Shown: positions 9,559-19,152 of the stretch, one piece after another
Position numbering within the stretch: the first letter of the stretch is position 1
Layout: each line of letters opens with the position of its first letter
DNA from: a virus
IMG/VR virus record: IMGVR_UViG_3300030514_000035
Span: 51,027-115,026 of that record
Length of the DNA: 64,000 nt
Reading direction: 5' to 3' (one strand)
The notes under the pieces: generated by a model
The model's input: the letters and a program-made list of their open reading frames with translations, nothing else
Database searches by the model: none
Told to the model about the DNA's origin: nothing
Made by a program: the position numbers and the translations under genes

Positions 9559-9587
9559 ATTATAAACCAATATGCGTTATAGGGCAA
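9559..9587 (-). promoter_or_regulatory. sigmaA-type promoter of the antitoxin RNA
   Basis: Minus strand TTGCCC-17-TATAAT. Confidence 0.65.
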
Positions 9588-9605
9588 ATATTTTAAGGAT
9601 AAGTA

Positions 9606-9635
9606 TTGACGTTTACTATACTAGTGTGTTAGTAT
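9606..9635 (+). promoter_or_regulatory. sigmaA-type promoter
   Basis: TTGACG-18-TAGTAT with TG; preceded by partial motif aagta. Confidence 0.5.
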
Positions 9636-9668
9636 ATTAGTATGACATTGAGATAGGGGCGACCAAAT

Positions 9669-10301
9669 ATGGCTAGTTTTCAAGAAAATTTAACCGCAAA
9701 AGAAATACAGAAGATAATAGATGATGGCGAGAAGGCAATGATGTTCTATCACATACCAAGAAGTGAGGTAGAGAGCAAAGACCTTCGTAGCTTGGATAAG
9801 GTAATGAACACTCTTCACACAGTAGGAAAAGGGTGCAAAGAGTCACTGATAATAACGTGTAATGGGTATGATGATACATCAGATGAGTTATATGAAATTA
9901 AAGAAGTAAGAGAGTTTGTACAAGCTATATTTAAGAAATATCCACATATCTTGTATTACATAAACTCTGAATTTGAAGCAGAGAAATGGATGTTGCACTG
10001 TATAGCAGACGAAATAGAGACTAGATTTGCAGGAGAGAAGCTATCTCCTATCGAATATCTAAAACGTGGAATCAGAATGGACGAGTATCCAAAAGTAGAA
10101 TCACATCTTAAGTTTTACGATGGACTATATCCTATCTTTAAGGCTATGTTGAAACATGGAAAGATGAAGAGGGATGTAAAAGGCTCTAAGCGCATGGTTA
10201 TAGACTACGCTCTCAAGCTTGACACGAGTCAATTAGAGAGACTTAGGATTACTGAGGCTGACCTAATCGAATTTTTAGAATACAAAGAAGGCGAAGAGTA
10301 A
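9669..10301 (+). CDS. hypothetical protein, possibly CRR6/DUF1817-like
   Basis: GYDDTSDELYEIKEVREF...YPHILYY resembles the recalled DUF1817 signature. Confidence 0.55.
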   Translation: MASFQENLTAKEIQKIIDDGEKAMMFYHIPRSEVESKDLRSLDKVMNTLHTVGKGCKESLIITCNGYDDTSDELYEIKEVREFVQAIFKKYPHILYYINSEFEAEKWMLHCIADEIETRFAGEKLSPIEYLKRGIRMDEYPKVESHLKFYDGLYPIFKAMLKHGKMKRDVKGSKRMVIDYALKLDTSQLERLRITEADLIEFLEYKEGEE

Positions 10302-10510
10302 TGCATGATTTCTATGTGAATCTCTTAGGAGGTATGGCGATTGGCGCAGTCACTATTTTATACATGACTAAAGTGACTGCCAATGTCACTCCTCTTAAAA
10401 AGAGAATGAGACTTATTGCTGGTATTGGGTTTCCACTTATATTAGTGATGATGGTGATAATGCAAATATCAGTTTACTTCTTGAAAGCGTGGTGGCTGAA
10501 GTATGTTTAA
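10301..10510 (+). CDS. small membrane protein
   Basis: Two hydrophobic segments; overlaps the upstream stop. Confidence 0.65.
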   Translation: MHDFYVNLLGGMAIGAVTILYMTKVTANVTPLKKRMRLIAGIGFPLILVMMVIMQISVYFLKAWWLKYV

Positions 10511-10748
10511 CATAAGCATTCAGAAGAAAGAGTTGCTCTCTGACTTTGAAGTTGGCGATGTATTTATTGTAGAAGAGGACAGGCGTATTATTCGACTCAT
10601 TAAGCTTGAGGATGGTAAGCTTGCTCTTCTTGATAACACAACAGGGAAACTTATGTACGACAGGGTTGAAAACACTACAGATGCCTATAATTATATAAGG
10701 CAGTACTATGGTAAGTGTGAGTTCGCAACGATCAGTGTTAGCTTCTAG
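10503..10748 (+). CDS. hypothetical small beta-rich protein
   Basis: ORF track; overlapping operon arrangement. Confidence 0.65.
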   Translation: MFNISIQKKELLSDFEVGDVFIVEEDRRIIRLIKLEDGKLALLDNTTGKLMYDRVENTTDAYNYIRQYYGKCEFATISVSF

Positions 10749-10761
10749 AAAGGGTGTCACC

Positions 10762-11019
10762 ATGAATAAGATACCAAAGCACATTGTTAATAAGATAATT
10801 CGTGCAAATGAAATGGCTCAGAAGAAAAAGTTATTAATGGCTGAAGTTGAAGATTGGATGACTTCTAAAGGCATAGATGTAGACGAGTACAGGACTGAAA
10901 CATTTAGTGTACTTGAACATGCAGATTATGGGGAACTCAACCCTAATGACTATGACAGTCTAGGAGAGACAATCATCAAAGATATAGAGGAAATTAGAGA
11001 GTACAAAAGTTCATTTTGA
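10762..11019 (+). CDS. hypothetical phage protein
   Basis: ORF 10708..11019; ATG 10762 after agggtg. Confidence 0.65.
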   Translation: MNKIPKHIVNKIIRANEMAQKKKLLMAEVEDWMTSKGIDVDEYRTETFSVLEHADYGELNPNDYDSLGETIIKDIEEIREYKSSF

Positions 11020-11074
11020 TAGGCAGATATAATTAATAAAAGTCTGATTTTATTATTATTAGGGGGAATGGTCT

Positions 11075-11344
11075 ATGCAACAATTACCAAGGGAAGCTTA
11101 TCTTGACATCGTGAAATTCACGCTTAATTCTATGTTAGATGCAGAGCAAGATATTGAAGGCTATGATTTCCTAGCTGACTTGCGCCACTATTACACTACT
11201 ACTATCAAGCCTCAAAACATGCTAACGCAGGACGAGTTATTGCTTTTTGTAGAACATGTTCGTGAGGAGAGAAGGAATACGGTTAGAGAAGGCGAGATTA
11301 AGCCTTTGTCAGAAATTCTAGATGAATTAAAGAATAGAAAGTAA
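11075..11344 (+). CDS. hypothetical phage protein
   Basis: ORF track; aggggg RBS. Confidence 0.7.
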   Translation: MQQLPREAYLDIVKFTLNSMLDAEQDIEGYDFLADLRHYYTTTIKPQNMLTQDELLLFVEHVREERRNTVREGEIKPLSEILDELKNRK

Positions 11345-11374
11345 TTGACTTTGGTGTGGCATTCGTGCTACACT
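11345..11374 (+). promoter_or_regulatory. sigmaA-type promoter
   Basis: TTGACT-18-TACACT with TG; motif copy at 11389 just downstream of the predicted start. Confidence 0.55.
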
Positions 11375-11421
11375 ATCTATATCGGTCTTAAACAAAAGTA
11401 TTAACAAATGGAGGAATAAAG

Positions 11422-11688
11422 ATGAATAATTACACAAAGAAAATGGTAGCAATGGACAAAGAGCAAGCAGGATTCTTATTAACAATGGTATTAGCAGATA
11501 TGCTTGAACATCAAGAAGTAGGCGTTGTTGAGCGCACGTTTAAAAACCCTCAACATATGGCAAAAGTTCTTAAGGCTGTTGGTGAAGTAAGCTACGATCA
11601 TTTATCAAAAGAAGAACAAGATGAGAAAGTTGCAGGAGTTCTACGTCAGCTTATTTACGCATTCGATTCTTCTTTACTAACTAAGTAA
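11422..11688 (+). CDS. hypothetical phage protein
   Basis: ORF track; ggagg RBS. Confidence 0.7.
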   Translation: MNNYTKKMVAMDKEQAGFLLTMVLADMLEHQEVGVVERTFKNPQHMAKVLKAVGEVSYDHLSKEEQDEKVAGVLRQLIYAFDSSLLTK

Positions 11689-11719
11689 AACAAAAGTATT
11701 GACAATAGGAGGTAACAAG

Positions 11720-12079
11720 ATGAGTTTCTCATATCCAATAAATGAAAAGTACAGTGTAATTCAAGTATTTAATGACAAGTTTATTCCTATTAACTCTTCA
11801 GCCAAGAGTCATTGGATAGACCTCTCTGAGTTCGACAGGGTAGCGTTAATGGATATAGGTTGGCATGCAAGTGAAACAATCCCAGTACTAGCACTAGCAC
11901 AATTACAGTCAGAGCATGTGGTTTCAGAGATTGAATGGTCTATGGATGGAGTTAATGTTATGGGAACAGAATCATTTCCTAATCATCTATTTACAAAGGC
12001 TAGATACGCTAGAATCAATATTCATAACCCTAACGACAGATGGATTAGCCTTTCAGCAAAATTAATTAGAATTCGATAG
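11720..12079 (+). CDS. hypothetical beta-rich protein
   Basis: ORF 11699..12079; ATG 11720 after aggaggt. Confidence 0.7.
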   Translation: MSFSYPINEKYSVIQVFNDKFIPINSSAKSHWIDLSEFDRVALMDIGWHASETIPVLALAQLQSEHVVSEIEWSMDGVNVMGTESFPNHLFTKARYARINIHNPNDRWISLSAKLIRIR

Positions 12080-12090
12080 GAGGAATTATA

Positions 12091-14394
12091 TTGGCTACAG
12101 TTAAAGGAACAGCAAAGTTAAAGAAAATCATGTATCCAAAAGGTGTTTATTCAACAGGTGGAGGTTGGGCTATCGCATCCTTCGTACCAATTGAAATGGA
12201 AGAAGGAGATGTTGAAGTTCACAAAGACTTCCGCACATTCTCTCTTAAAGGTGATATGCCTCCATTAAAAGAAGGTCAAGAGTATTACTTCATTGCAGAA
12301 GAGGGAGATAGACATCCTACGTTTGGAATAAGCTATGACCTAGCTTTCATGAGACAGAACGTTGACTTAGATACTCAAGATGAAGCTTCGGTAAGAGACT
12401 TCTTAGAAATCATCTTAACCAAACGACAAGTAAATGCGCTGTTCGAAGTATTATCAAATCCTATTGGAGCGATCGAGAACAAGGATATTCAATCGCTTAT
12501 TAAGGCAAGTGGTATTGGCATGAAGACTGCAGAGCGCATCATTGAACACTATGAATCACAAAAGGATTACTCATTCGCATACATCGAGTTAAGTAAATAT
12601 GATTTAACGCCTAAGAGTATTCGTAAGATTACAGATTACTATGGTTCTCCTGAATTGGCTGTAGCAAAGGTTAAAGAGAACCCATATGAGTTAATGCGCA
12701 TTGATGGCTATTCGTTCAGGTCATGCGACAAGATATATTTAAGCCTAGGTAAAGACCCAAGCGCTAGTTTGCGAGTTAAATCATTTCTGATGTTCATGCT
12801 ACAGGAGCAAGCTAACAATGGTAACACATGGTCAACTCCAATGGATTTGATTCAAGCTACAGCAGAGTTTATTCCTGATGTGGATAAGGCTTTGTTAGGC
12901 AGAATGCTTCTTGAAGATGAAGAGTTTTATCTAACAGAAGACAAGGGTAAAATCTCTCTTCTAGGATTCCAAAGACTTGAACTACTAGTAGCAGACCAAT
13001 TAGAGAGACTTCTTAAAGCAGAGAATGACTTTGACTATGAAGGATGGGAAGAGTTTGTTGATGCAGTAGAAGAGGCTCAGGGGTGGAAATTCACTGACCA
13101 ACAGCGTAATGAAGCTATGGTTATGATGTTAGAGAATAACGTGTCAATTCTACAAGGTTATGGTGGTACAGGTAAAACCACAACTCTTAAAGCAGTAGCA
13201 GATATCCTAGAAGAGAAAGGCTATCTATATGCTCAGTGTGCATTGAGTGGTAAAGCCTCAAACAACTTGGCTTTAGTTACTGGTAAGGAAGGCTCTACGA
13301 TCAGTCGCTTATTAGGATTCTCTCCAATTGAAAGTGGATTCTATTACAATCAAAAGAACCCATTGCCATACGATATCATTATCATCGATGAGATTTCAAT
13401 GGTAGATGCTCGACTATTTGGTCACTTACTACTAGCTGTCAGAACAGGCGCTAAGATTATCATGCTTGGAGATAGTGAACAGTTAGAGGCTATTGGTATC
13501 CCAATCATGATTCCTATGATTAAGAGTGGCGTAATTCCTACCATGACATTAACTCAGATTCATCGTCAAGCACAAAAGTCTGCTGTTGTTACAGATAGTA
13601 TTGCCATTCGTCAAGGTAAGCAGATTCTTGGAAGAGAAACAGGTCGTGTTGTTCACGGTGAACTACAGGACTTAGAGTATGACTTAGTTGATTCAGACGA
13701 GGATATCTTCCTGCATGTTATGAGAGAGTTTTATAAGTACATCCAAACAGAAGATATAATGGATATTCAAATCCTTACTCAGCAACGTGAGAAGGGTAAA
13801 GCATCATGCCTTCTTTTAAATAACGCTTGTCAGAAAATCTACAATCCTGCTAGAGAGGATAAAGAAGAGTATTTCTTAGGTAAGGTTACTAAGAAGAAGA
13901 ATGAGTTTGGAGAAGAGGTAGAAGAGAAGGTTGGCTACTATCTTCGTGAAGGAGATAAGGTAATCAACGTTAAGAACAACTATAATGCTGTAGATGAAGA
14001 TAATATGTCTTGTCCAGTGTTCAATGGTAACGTAGGCATCCTAGAGAGATTTGACTGCGATGATGAAGATGGCGATAAGTACATGGTTATTAACTTCGAA
14101 GGTATTGGTAGAGTTAAGATTTATGAAGGTAACTATCGCTCAATTGAACTTGCATATTGTATCACTGTACACAAGAGTCAGGGATCGTCTAGCAAGATTG
14201 TTATTATCGCTTTGCCATTCCATTACACTCTTAATACTCGCCAGCTTTTCTATACAGCTATTACACGTACAAGAACTCATTGTGTGGTAATTGCTACCAA
14301 GAAGACAATAGTATCAGCCATTCAGAAAAATGATGTATCTAATAAACGGACATATCTAGCAGAATATCTACAAGAACGATTAATAGCATCTTAA
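12091..14394 (+). CDS. recD2: RecD2/TraA-family SF1B helicase
   Basis: HhH motif GIGMKTA, Walker A GYGGTGKTT, IIDEISMV, GDSEQL, YCITVHKSQGS, FYTAITR. Confidence 0.92.
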   Translation: MATVKGTAKLKKIMYPKGVYSTGGGWAIASFVPIEMEEGDVEVHKDFRTFSLKGDMPPLKEGQEYYFIAEEGDRHPTFGISYDLAFMRQNVDLDTQDEASVRDFLEIILTKRQVNALFEVLSNPIGAIENKDIQSLIKASGIGMKTAERIIEHYESQKDYSFAYIELSKYDLTPKSIRKITDYYGSPELAVAKVKENPYELMRIDGYSFRSCDKIYLSLGKDPSASLRVKSFLMFMLQEQANNGNTWSTPMDLIQATAEFIPDVDKALLGRMLLEDEEFYLTEDKGKISLLGFQRLELLVADQLERLLKAENDFDYEGWEEFVDAVEEAQGWKFTDQQRNEAMVMMLENNVSILQGYGGTGKTTTLKAVADILEEKGYLYAQCALSGKASNNLALVTGKEGSTISRLLGFSPIESGFYYNQKNPLPYDIIIIDEISMVDARLFGHLLLAVRTGAKIIMLGDSEQLEAIGIPIMIPMIKSGVIPTMTLTQIHRQAQKSAVVTDSIAIRQGKQILGRETGRVVHGELQDLEYDLVDSDEDIFLHVMREFYKYIQTEDIMDIQILTQQREKGKASCLLLNNACQKIYNPAREDKEEYFLGKVTKKKNEFGEEVEEKVGYYLREGDKVINVKNNYNAVDEDNMSCPVFNGNVGILERFDCDDEDGDKYMVINFEGIGRVKIYEGNYRSIELAYCITVHKSQGSSSKIVIIALPFHYTLNTRQLFYTAITRTRTHCVVIATKKTIVSAIQKNDVSNKRTYLAEYLQERLIAS

Positions 14395-14416
14395 CAAATT
14401 ATATTAAACAAAAGTA

Positions 14417-14445
14417 TTGATATTTAAATTTGTGTGTGATATAAT
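14417..14445 (+). promoter_or_regulatory. sigmaA-type promoter of the nrd operon
   Basis: TTGATA-17-TATAAT with TG; -35 lies within a motif copy. Confidence 0.75.
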
Positions 14446-14519
14446 TGAATTTATAGTCGTCTTAATATTTTCGATTATATCACTAAGCAAAAGTATTGAT
14501 ATAAAACAGAGGTGAGTGT

Positions 14520-14921
14520 TTGATGTTAGTAGTATACGCATCAATGACAGGTAACGTTAAACGCTTTGTAGATAAGATGGGCTTATCAGAGAGCGCTCAG
14601 ATAAGTGGGTCTTTTCTTTGCGTAAATAAGCCATTCGTTCTTATCACATACACAATAGGCAATGGTGAGACACCAAAAGAAGTAGAACAGTTTCTACAGT
14701 ATGATTACAACCACAGACATTTAGTTGGTGTAGTTGGAAGTGGCAACAGAAATTGGGGAGACAACTTCTGTAAAGGCGCTAAGAACATAGCTAACAAATA
14801 TAATGTACCTTTACTTCACACATTTGAGTTGAGTGGGTACGACGGCGATGTAGAAATCGTAACAACTAAGATTAGAGAAATAGAAGGGATGAAGCAAGTT
14901 TGGCAAAATGGATTGAACTGA
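14520..14921 (+). CDS. nrdI: class Ib RNR flavodoxin NrdI
   Basis: YASMTGNVKRFV, GSGNRNWGDNF, FELSG. Confidence 0.92.
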   Translation: MMLVVYASMTGNVKRFVDKMGLSESAQISGSFLCVNKPFVLITYTIGNGETPKEVEQFLQYDYNHRHLVGVVGSGNRNWGDNFCKGAKNIANKYNVPLLHTFELSGYDGDVEIVTTKIREIEGMKQVWQNGLN

Positions 14922-16993
14922 ATAATGAAGTAAAAATTAAAGATGAGAATGGTCAATTTCAATATGATAAGGATATTGAAGCTACTCGTTCCTATTTCGT
15001 AGACTATGTTAACAAGAACATGCAATTCTTCCATGACTTAGATGAAATGCTAGAGTACATGTTTGAGAATAACTACTACGACAAATCAGTGTTTGACGCT
15101 TATAAGCAACGTCAAATTAAAGAGATTTACAAGATGGTTTATGGAGAGAAGTTTCGCTTTAAATCATTCATGTCTGCATTTAAATTCTATAACAACTATG
15201 CACTGAAAACAAATGATGGTAGTAACTTCTTAGAACGCTACGAGGATCGCATTGTAGTTAATGCTCTTTATCTAGCAAGAGGAGATTATGAATTAGCTAA
15301 GCGTATTGCTCGTCAGTTAATCAAGCAGAATTTTCAGCCAGCAACGCCTACATTTTTGAACGCTGGTCGTGCTCGTGCAGGACGATTAGTAAGTTGTTTC
15401 TTATTACAAATGCCTGATAGTACAGAAGGTATCTTCTACATTAACGAAGCTGTAGCACAATTATCTCGCTTTGGTGGAGGAGTAGCTGTTAACCTATCAA
15501 TCTTACGTGGTGCTGATGAACCAATCCTAGGCATGGAAGGCGCATCTACATCAGTAGTAGGTATTGCTAAGATTCTAGAAGACATCGCTCTTAAGTTCAA
15601 CCAATTAGGACAACGAGAAGGCGCTGTAGCAGTATATCTTAACGCATTCCATTCTGATTCTAAGGCTCTATTAAATACTAAGAAGATTAACGCAGATGAG
15701 AAAGAGCGCTTGAAATCACTTTCTATTGGTATGATTGTTCCTAGCAAACTATATGAACTAGCAGAGAGAGATGAAAACTGGTTTTCATTCTATCCTAACT
15801 CAGTATACAAAGAGTATGGCGTTCACTTAGATGATATGCACATGGATGAAATGTACGAAGAGTTAATCAATAACCCTAACGTTCGTAAGAAGCCGATGGG
15901 TTCTGCTCGTGTATTCCTTGAAGAGATTGGTCGTACACAGCTAGAAAGTGGATATCCTTACATTCTTAATAGAGATGTAGCTAACAGAGTTCACTTATTA
16001 AAAGACATTGGTCAAATCAAAATGTCTAACCTTTGTGTTGAAATCATTCAGCTTCAAACAGAGTCAGATGTTCAAAGTTACAAAGGCGTTAACACATTTG
16101 GATATGATATCTCTTGTAATCTAGGAAGCTTAAACATTGCTAATGTAATGGAAAGCAAAGAGTTCGCTGAAGCTGTAAGAACTGCTGTTGATGCATTAAC
16201 TGCTGTTACACAATTAACTTCTATTGATGAAGTACCATCTGTTAAGAAGGCTAATGAGGCGTTCCACAGTATTGGATTAGGTGTAATGAACTTACATGGA
16301 TACTTGGCTAAGAACTTCATTTCATATGAGAGTCGAGAAGCTAAAGACTTTGCTAACACATTCTTCTCAATCATGCGTTATCACGCTTTATATCGCTCTA
16401 TGGAGATTGCTCAGTTACATGGTGCATTCAAAGACTTTGAGAAGTCAGAATACGCTAAAGGCACAGCGTTAACTCGCTACATTGAACAATCACACTTCCC
16501 TAGAACAGATAAGGTAGCTAAGTTATTCGAAGGTATTTATATTCCTACTCAAGAAGATTGGGCTAGATTGAATGAGTTAATCATGGAGCATGGAATCTAC
16601 TCAGCGTACCTTATGGCGATCGCTCCGACAGGCTCAATCAGTTATGTTCAGAATAGCACACCGAGCGTTATGCCGATTACTGAAAAAATTGAGACACGAA
16701 CATATGGAGACTCTACAACTCACTATCCAATGCCCTTCATGAGTCCACAAACATTTTGGTTCTACAAAGAGGCATACCAAATGGATATGATGAAGCTAAT
16801 TGACCTTATGTCAGTTATTCAGAAGCATGTTGACCAATCAATTTCAACAACGTTATTTGTAGACAGTGCAAATATTACTGATGGAGACCTAGCTAGATAC
16901 TACATCTATGCTCACAAGAAAGGTCTTAAGACACTTTATTACACTCGAACTAAGGTTTCTACTTTAGACGAATGTTTATCTTGTACAGTTTAA
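14900..16993 (+). CDS. nrdE: class Ib ribonucleotide reductase alpha subunit, uninterrupted
   Basis: QPATPTFLNAG, SCFLL, SNLCVE, SCNLGS, IAPTGSIS, TLYYTR, C-terminal CxxC. Confidence 0.96.
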   Translation: MAKWIELNNEVKIKDENGQFQYDKDIEATRSYFVDYVNKNMQFFHDLDEMLEYMFENNYYDKSVFDAYKQRQIKEIYKMVYGEKFRFKSFMSAFKFYNNYALKTNDGSNFLERYEDRIVVNALYLARGDYELAKRIARQLIKQNFQPATPTFLNAGRARAGRLVSCFLLQMPDSTEGIFYINEAVAQLSRFGGGVAVNLSILRGADEPILGMEGASTSVVGIAKILEDIALKFNQLGQREGAVAVYLNAFHSDSKALLNTKKINADEKERLKSLSIGMIVPSKLYELAERDENWFSFYPNSVYKEYGVHLDDMHMDEMYEELINNPNVRKKPMGSARVFLEEIGRTQLESGYPYILNRDVANRVHLLKDIGQIKMSNLCVEIIQLQTESDVQSYKGVNTFGYDISCNLGSLNIANVMESKEFAEAVRTAVDALTAVTQLTSIDEVPSVKKANEAFHSIGLGVMNLHGYLAKNFISYESREAKDFANTFFSIMRYHALYRSMEIAQLHGAFKDFEKSEYAKGTALTRYIEQSHFPRTDKVAKLFEGIYIPTQEDWARLNELIMEHGIYSAYLMAIAPTGSISYVQNSTPSVMPITEKIETRTYGDSTTHYPMPFMSPQTFWFYKEAYQMDMMKLIDLMSVIQKHVDQSISTTLFVDSANITDGDLARYYIYAHKKGLKTLYYTRTKVSTLDECLSCTV

Positions 16994-17006
16994 TTAAACA
17001 AAAGTA

Positions 17007-17035
17007 TTGATATTAGTATATAAATATGTTATCAT
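17007..17035 (+). promoter_or_regulatory. sigmaA-type promoter between nrdE and nrdF
   Basis: TTGATA-17-TATCAT with TG; -35 lies within a motif copy. Confidence 0.6.
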
Positions 17036-17100
17036 GGTAAGAGAGTGTTCGGGAATACCTAACTCTCTTACTAAACAAAAGTATTGATGGAGGAATTACA

Positions 17101-17652
17101 TTGAAATATAATAACAAGAAACAACCATTTGATATCGTTGGACGCTTTCGCATCCTAGAAGAAGAAGGCTATGTAGAATACTGCCGAGTTCGATTCTTCA
17201 ACACAAGAAAAGAACAAGTTGTTCGTGCAGGATTAATCGCAACAGGTGAATTTGAAGACTCAAGTTTAGCAGACACATGGGAATCATCAGAGAATGATGT
17301 AACATACGGTGGCGGTACACTCGTTACAGGAACTATTACAGCTAAGCATATTATTGACACAATCAACGAATCTCCTGAAACAGTTGGAGAACCAGCAGGA
17401 GAGATTGACCTAAGTGGCAAAGTAGAGGTTAAGGAAGTTGCAGAAGAGCCTAAAGAAGAGGAGTCTGAAGCATTAGTTGAAACAGATGATTTTGCTGTTA
17501 AATACATTGCTACTAACCCTAAAGGTGAAGACATCGAAGTGTACAACCTTGAATCATTTGTAGCTGAAAATGGCTTGGATATGGAGGCAGTACAATCAGT
17601 TCTTAACGGTGAACAAAAGACTCATAAGAAATGGAGATTTGCTAGAGCATGA
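17101..17652 (+). CDS. hypothetical protein with a homing-endonuclease-like DNA-binding C-terminus
   Basis: C-terminal YIATNPKG...LESFVAENGL...VLNGEQKTHKKWRF resembles NUMOD1/IENR1-type modules; no HNH or GIY-YIG motif seen. Confidence 0.6.
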   Translation: MKYNNKKQPFDIVGRFRILEEEGYVEYCRVRFFNTRKEQVVRAGLIATGEFEDSSLADTWESSENDVTYGGGTLVTGTITAKHIIDTINESPETVGEPAGEIDLSGKVEVKEVAEEPKEEESEALVETDDFAVKYIATNPKGEDIEVYNLESFVAENGLDMEAVQSVLNGEQKTHKKWRFARA

Positions 17653-18776
17653 CAATTAACAACTATGAAGAATTATCACAAAGCATAGAACAAAATGGCG
17701 TAGAAGCTACTATGGACGCAGTACAAGCGACAGTTTCTCAAGCTTATGCAAGTGGATTAATGTCTAAAACATTCGATAAATCTCCACGAGTTCATAAAGC
17801 GATCAACTGGAATAGACCTACAAACGCTTATAACCAAACATTCCATGATAAGAATATCGAGCAGATGTGGACTCACACTGAGTATATTCCATCTAAGGAT
17901 AGAAATGTATGGGATCGCTTAGACCCAGCAATTCAAGAGGTTTATAAGAAGGTACTAGGTGGATTAACTCTATTAGATACTAAGCAAGCAACAATTGGTA
18001 TGCCTTTAATTTCCCAAGTAGTAGAAGACCTTCATCAAAAGGTAGTTCTATCGTTTATGGGTATGATGGAGACTATTCACGCTCTTAGTTACTCTACTAT
18101 CTTTACTACACTTTTAACAGATACTGAGACAGACGAAGTGTTTGATTGGGTAGAAGAGAACCCTTATCTTCAATTTAAAGCAGAACATATCACTCATTAC
18201 TATGAGAATATCACTGACTCTAAATCTCTTTACCTAGCAATGGTAGCTTCAGTATTCCTTGAGTCATTCTTATTCTATTCAGGATTCTTCTTGCCTTTAT
18301 GGTTAGCTGGTGGAGGCTTAGAAGGTAAGGCGAAGATGGTAGCTTCAGGTGAAATCATTAACAAGATAATTGCTGATGAGTCAATTCATGGAGTTTACGT
18401 TGGTCTTCTTGCACAGGAAGAATATAAGAAGCTAACTGTTGAAGAGCAGAAGGAAGTAGACTATGAAGTCGAAGCATTAATGAAAGAGTTAATGGAGAAC
18501 GAAATCAAGTACACAGAAGACTTGTATGCTCCTATTGGTCTTGACCATGAAGTTAAGAACTACTTAATCTATAATGCTAACAAAGCTATGATGAACCTAG
18601 GGAAGACTCCTATCTATGAAGAGAAGAAGATTAACCCAATCGTAGAGAACGGTCTGTCTACAGAGACTAAAACACACGATTTCTTCTCAACTAAAGGCGC
18701 AGGATACATCCTAGCTAAACACAGAGCGTTAACTGATGCCGACTTTGAATTCGTAATTGATACAGAGTGGGATTAA
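17649..18776 (+). CDS. nrdF: class Ib ribonucleotide reductase beta subunit, uninterrupted
   Basis: GLTLLDT.Q, METIHALSYS, VFLESFLFYSGF, DESIHG, HDFFSTKG. Confidence 0.95.
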   Translation: MTINNYEELSQSIEQNGVEATMDAVQATVSQAYASGLMSKTFDKSPRVHKAINWNRPTNAYNQTFHDKNIEQMWTHTEYIPSKDRNVWDRLDPAIQEVYKKVLGGLTLLDTKQATIGMPLISQVVEDLHQKVVLSFMGMMETIHALSYSTIFTTLLTDTETDEVFDWVEENPYLQFKAEHITHYYENITDSKSLYLAMVASVFLESFLFYSGFFLPLWLAGGGLEGKAKMVASGEIINKIIADESIHGVYVGLLAQEEYKKLTVEEQKEVDYEVEALMKELMENEIKYTEDLYAPIGLDHEVKNYLIYNANKAMMNLGKTPIYEEKKINPIVENGLSTETKTHDFFSTKGAGYILAKHRALTDADFEFVIDTEWD

Positions 18777-18829
18777 TTTAAAACTATATTAAACAAAAGT
18801 ATTGACACAGAATGGAGATAAATGATATC

Positions 18830-19096
18830 ATGAAATTAATCAAGTTCAAGCAAGAGAATTGTACACCATGCAAGATGCTAGACGAGATGCTAAAGCAGAA
18901 TGGGATTGAGGTTGACGAAGTAGCTAACCTTACTAATCCTGAGAAAGATGAGCATTTAATGATGGCTGGAATGCACAATATCGAGAAGACTCCAGTACTA
19001 TTACTTCTAGACGATAATGGCGTTGAAATCGATCGTCATAAAGGCGTAGGCGCTACAGGCGTTAAACGTGTACTAGCTAAGCGTGGATTAATCTAA
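18830..19096 (+). CDS. thioredoxin/NrdH-like redoxin
   Basis: MKLIKFKQENCTPC active site, KTPVL; alternative start 18812. Confidence 0.8.
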   Translation: MKLIKFKQENCTPCKMLDEMLKQNGIEVDEVANLTNPEKDEHLMMAGMHNIEKTPVLLLLDDNGVEIDRHKGVGATGVKRVLAKRGLI

Positions 19097-19103
19097 ATAC
19101 AAT

Positions 19104-19122
19104 GGGAGAGGATTTCTCTCCC
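19104..19122 (+). terminator. stem-loop after the nrd operon
   Basis: gggagag-gattt-ctctccc; no strong T-tract. Confidence 0.4.
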
Positions 19123-19152
19123 TACATAACATACAAATTGGAGGAACTTATA

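Noticed and set aside
2863-18776. Introns or inteins in dnaE, thyA, recD2, nrdE, nrdF (common in SPbeta-like phages)
   Set aside because: The ORFs are continuous with ordinary lengths, and no intein splice-junction or LAGLIDADG block was seen.
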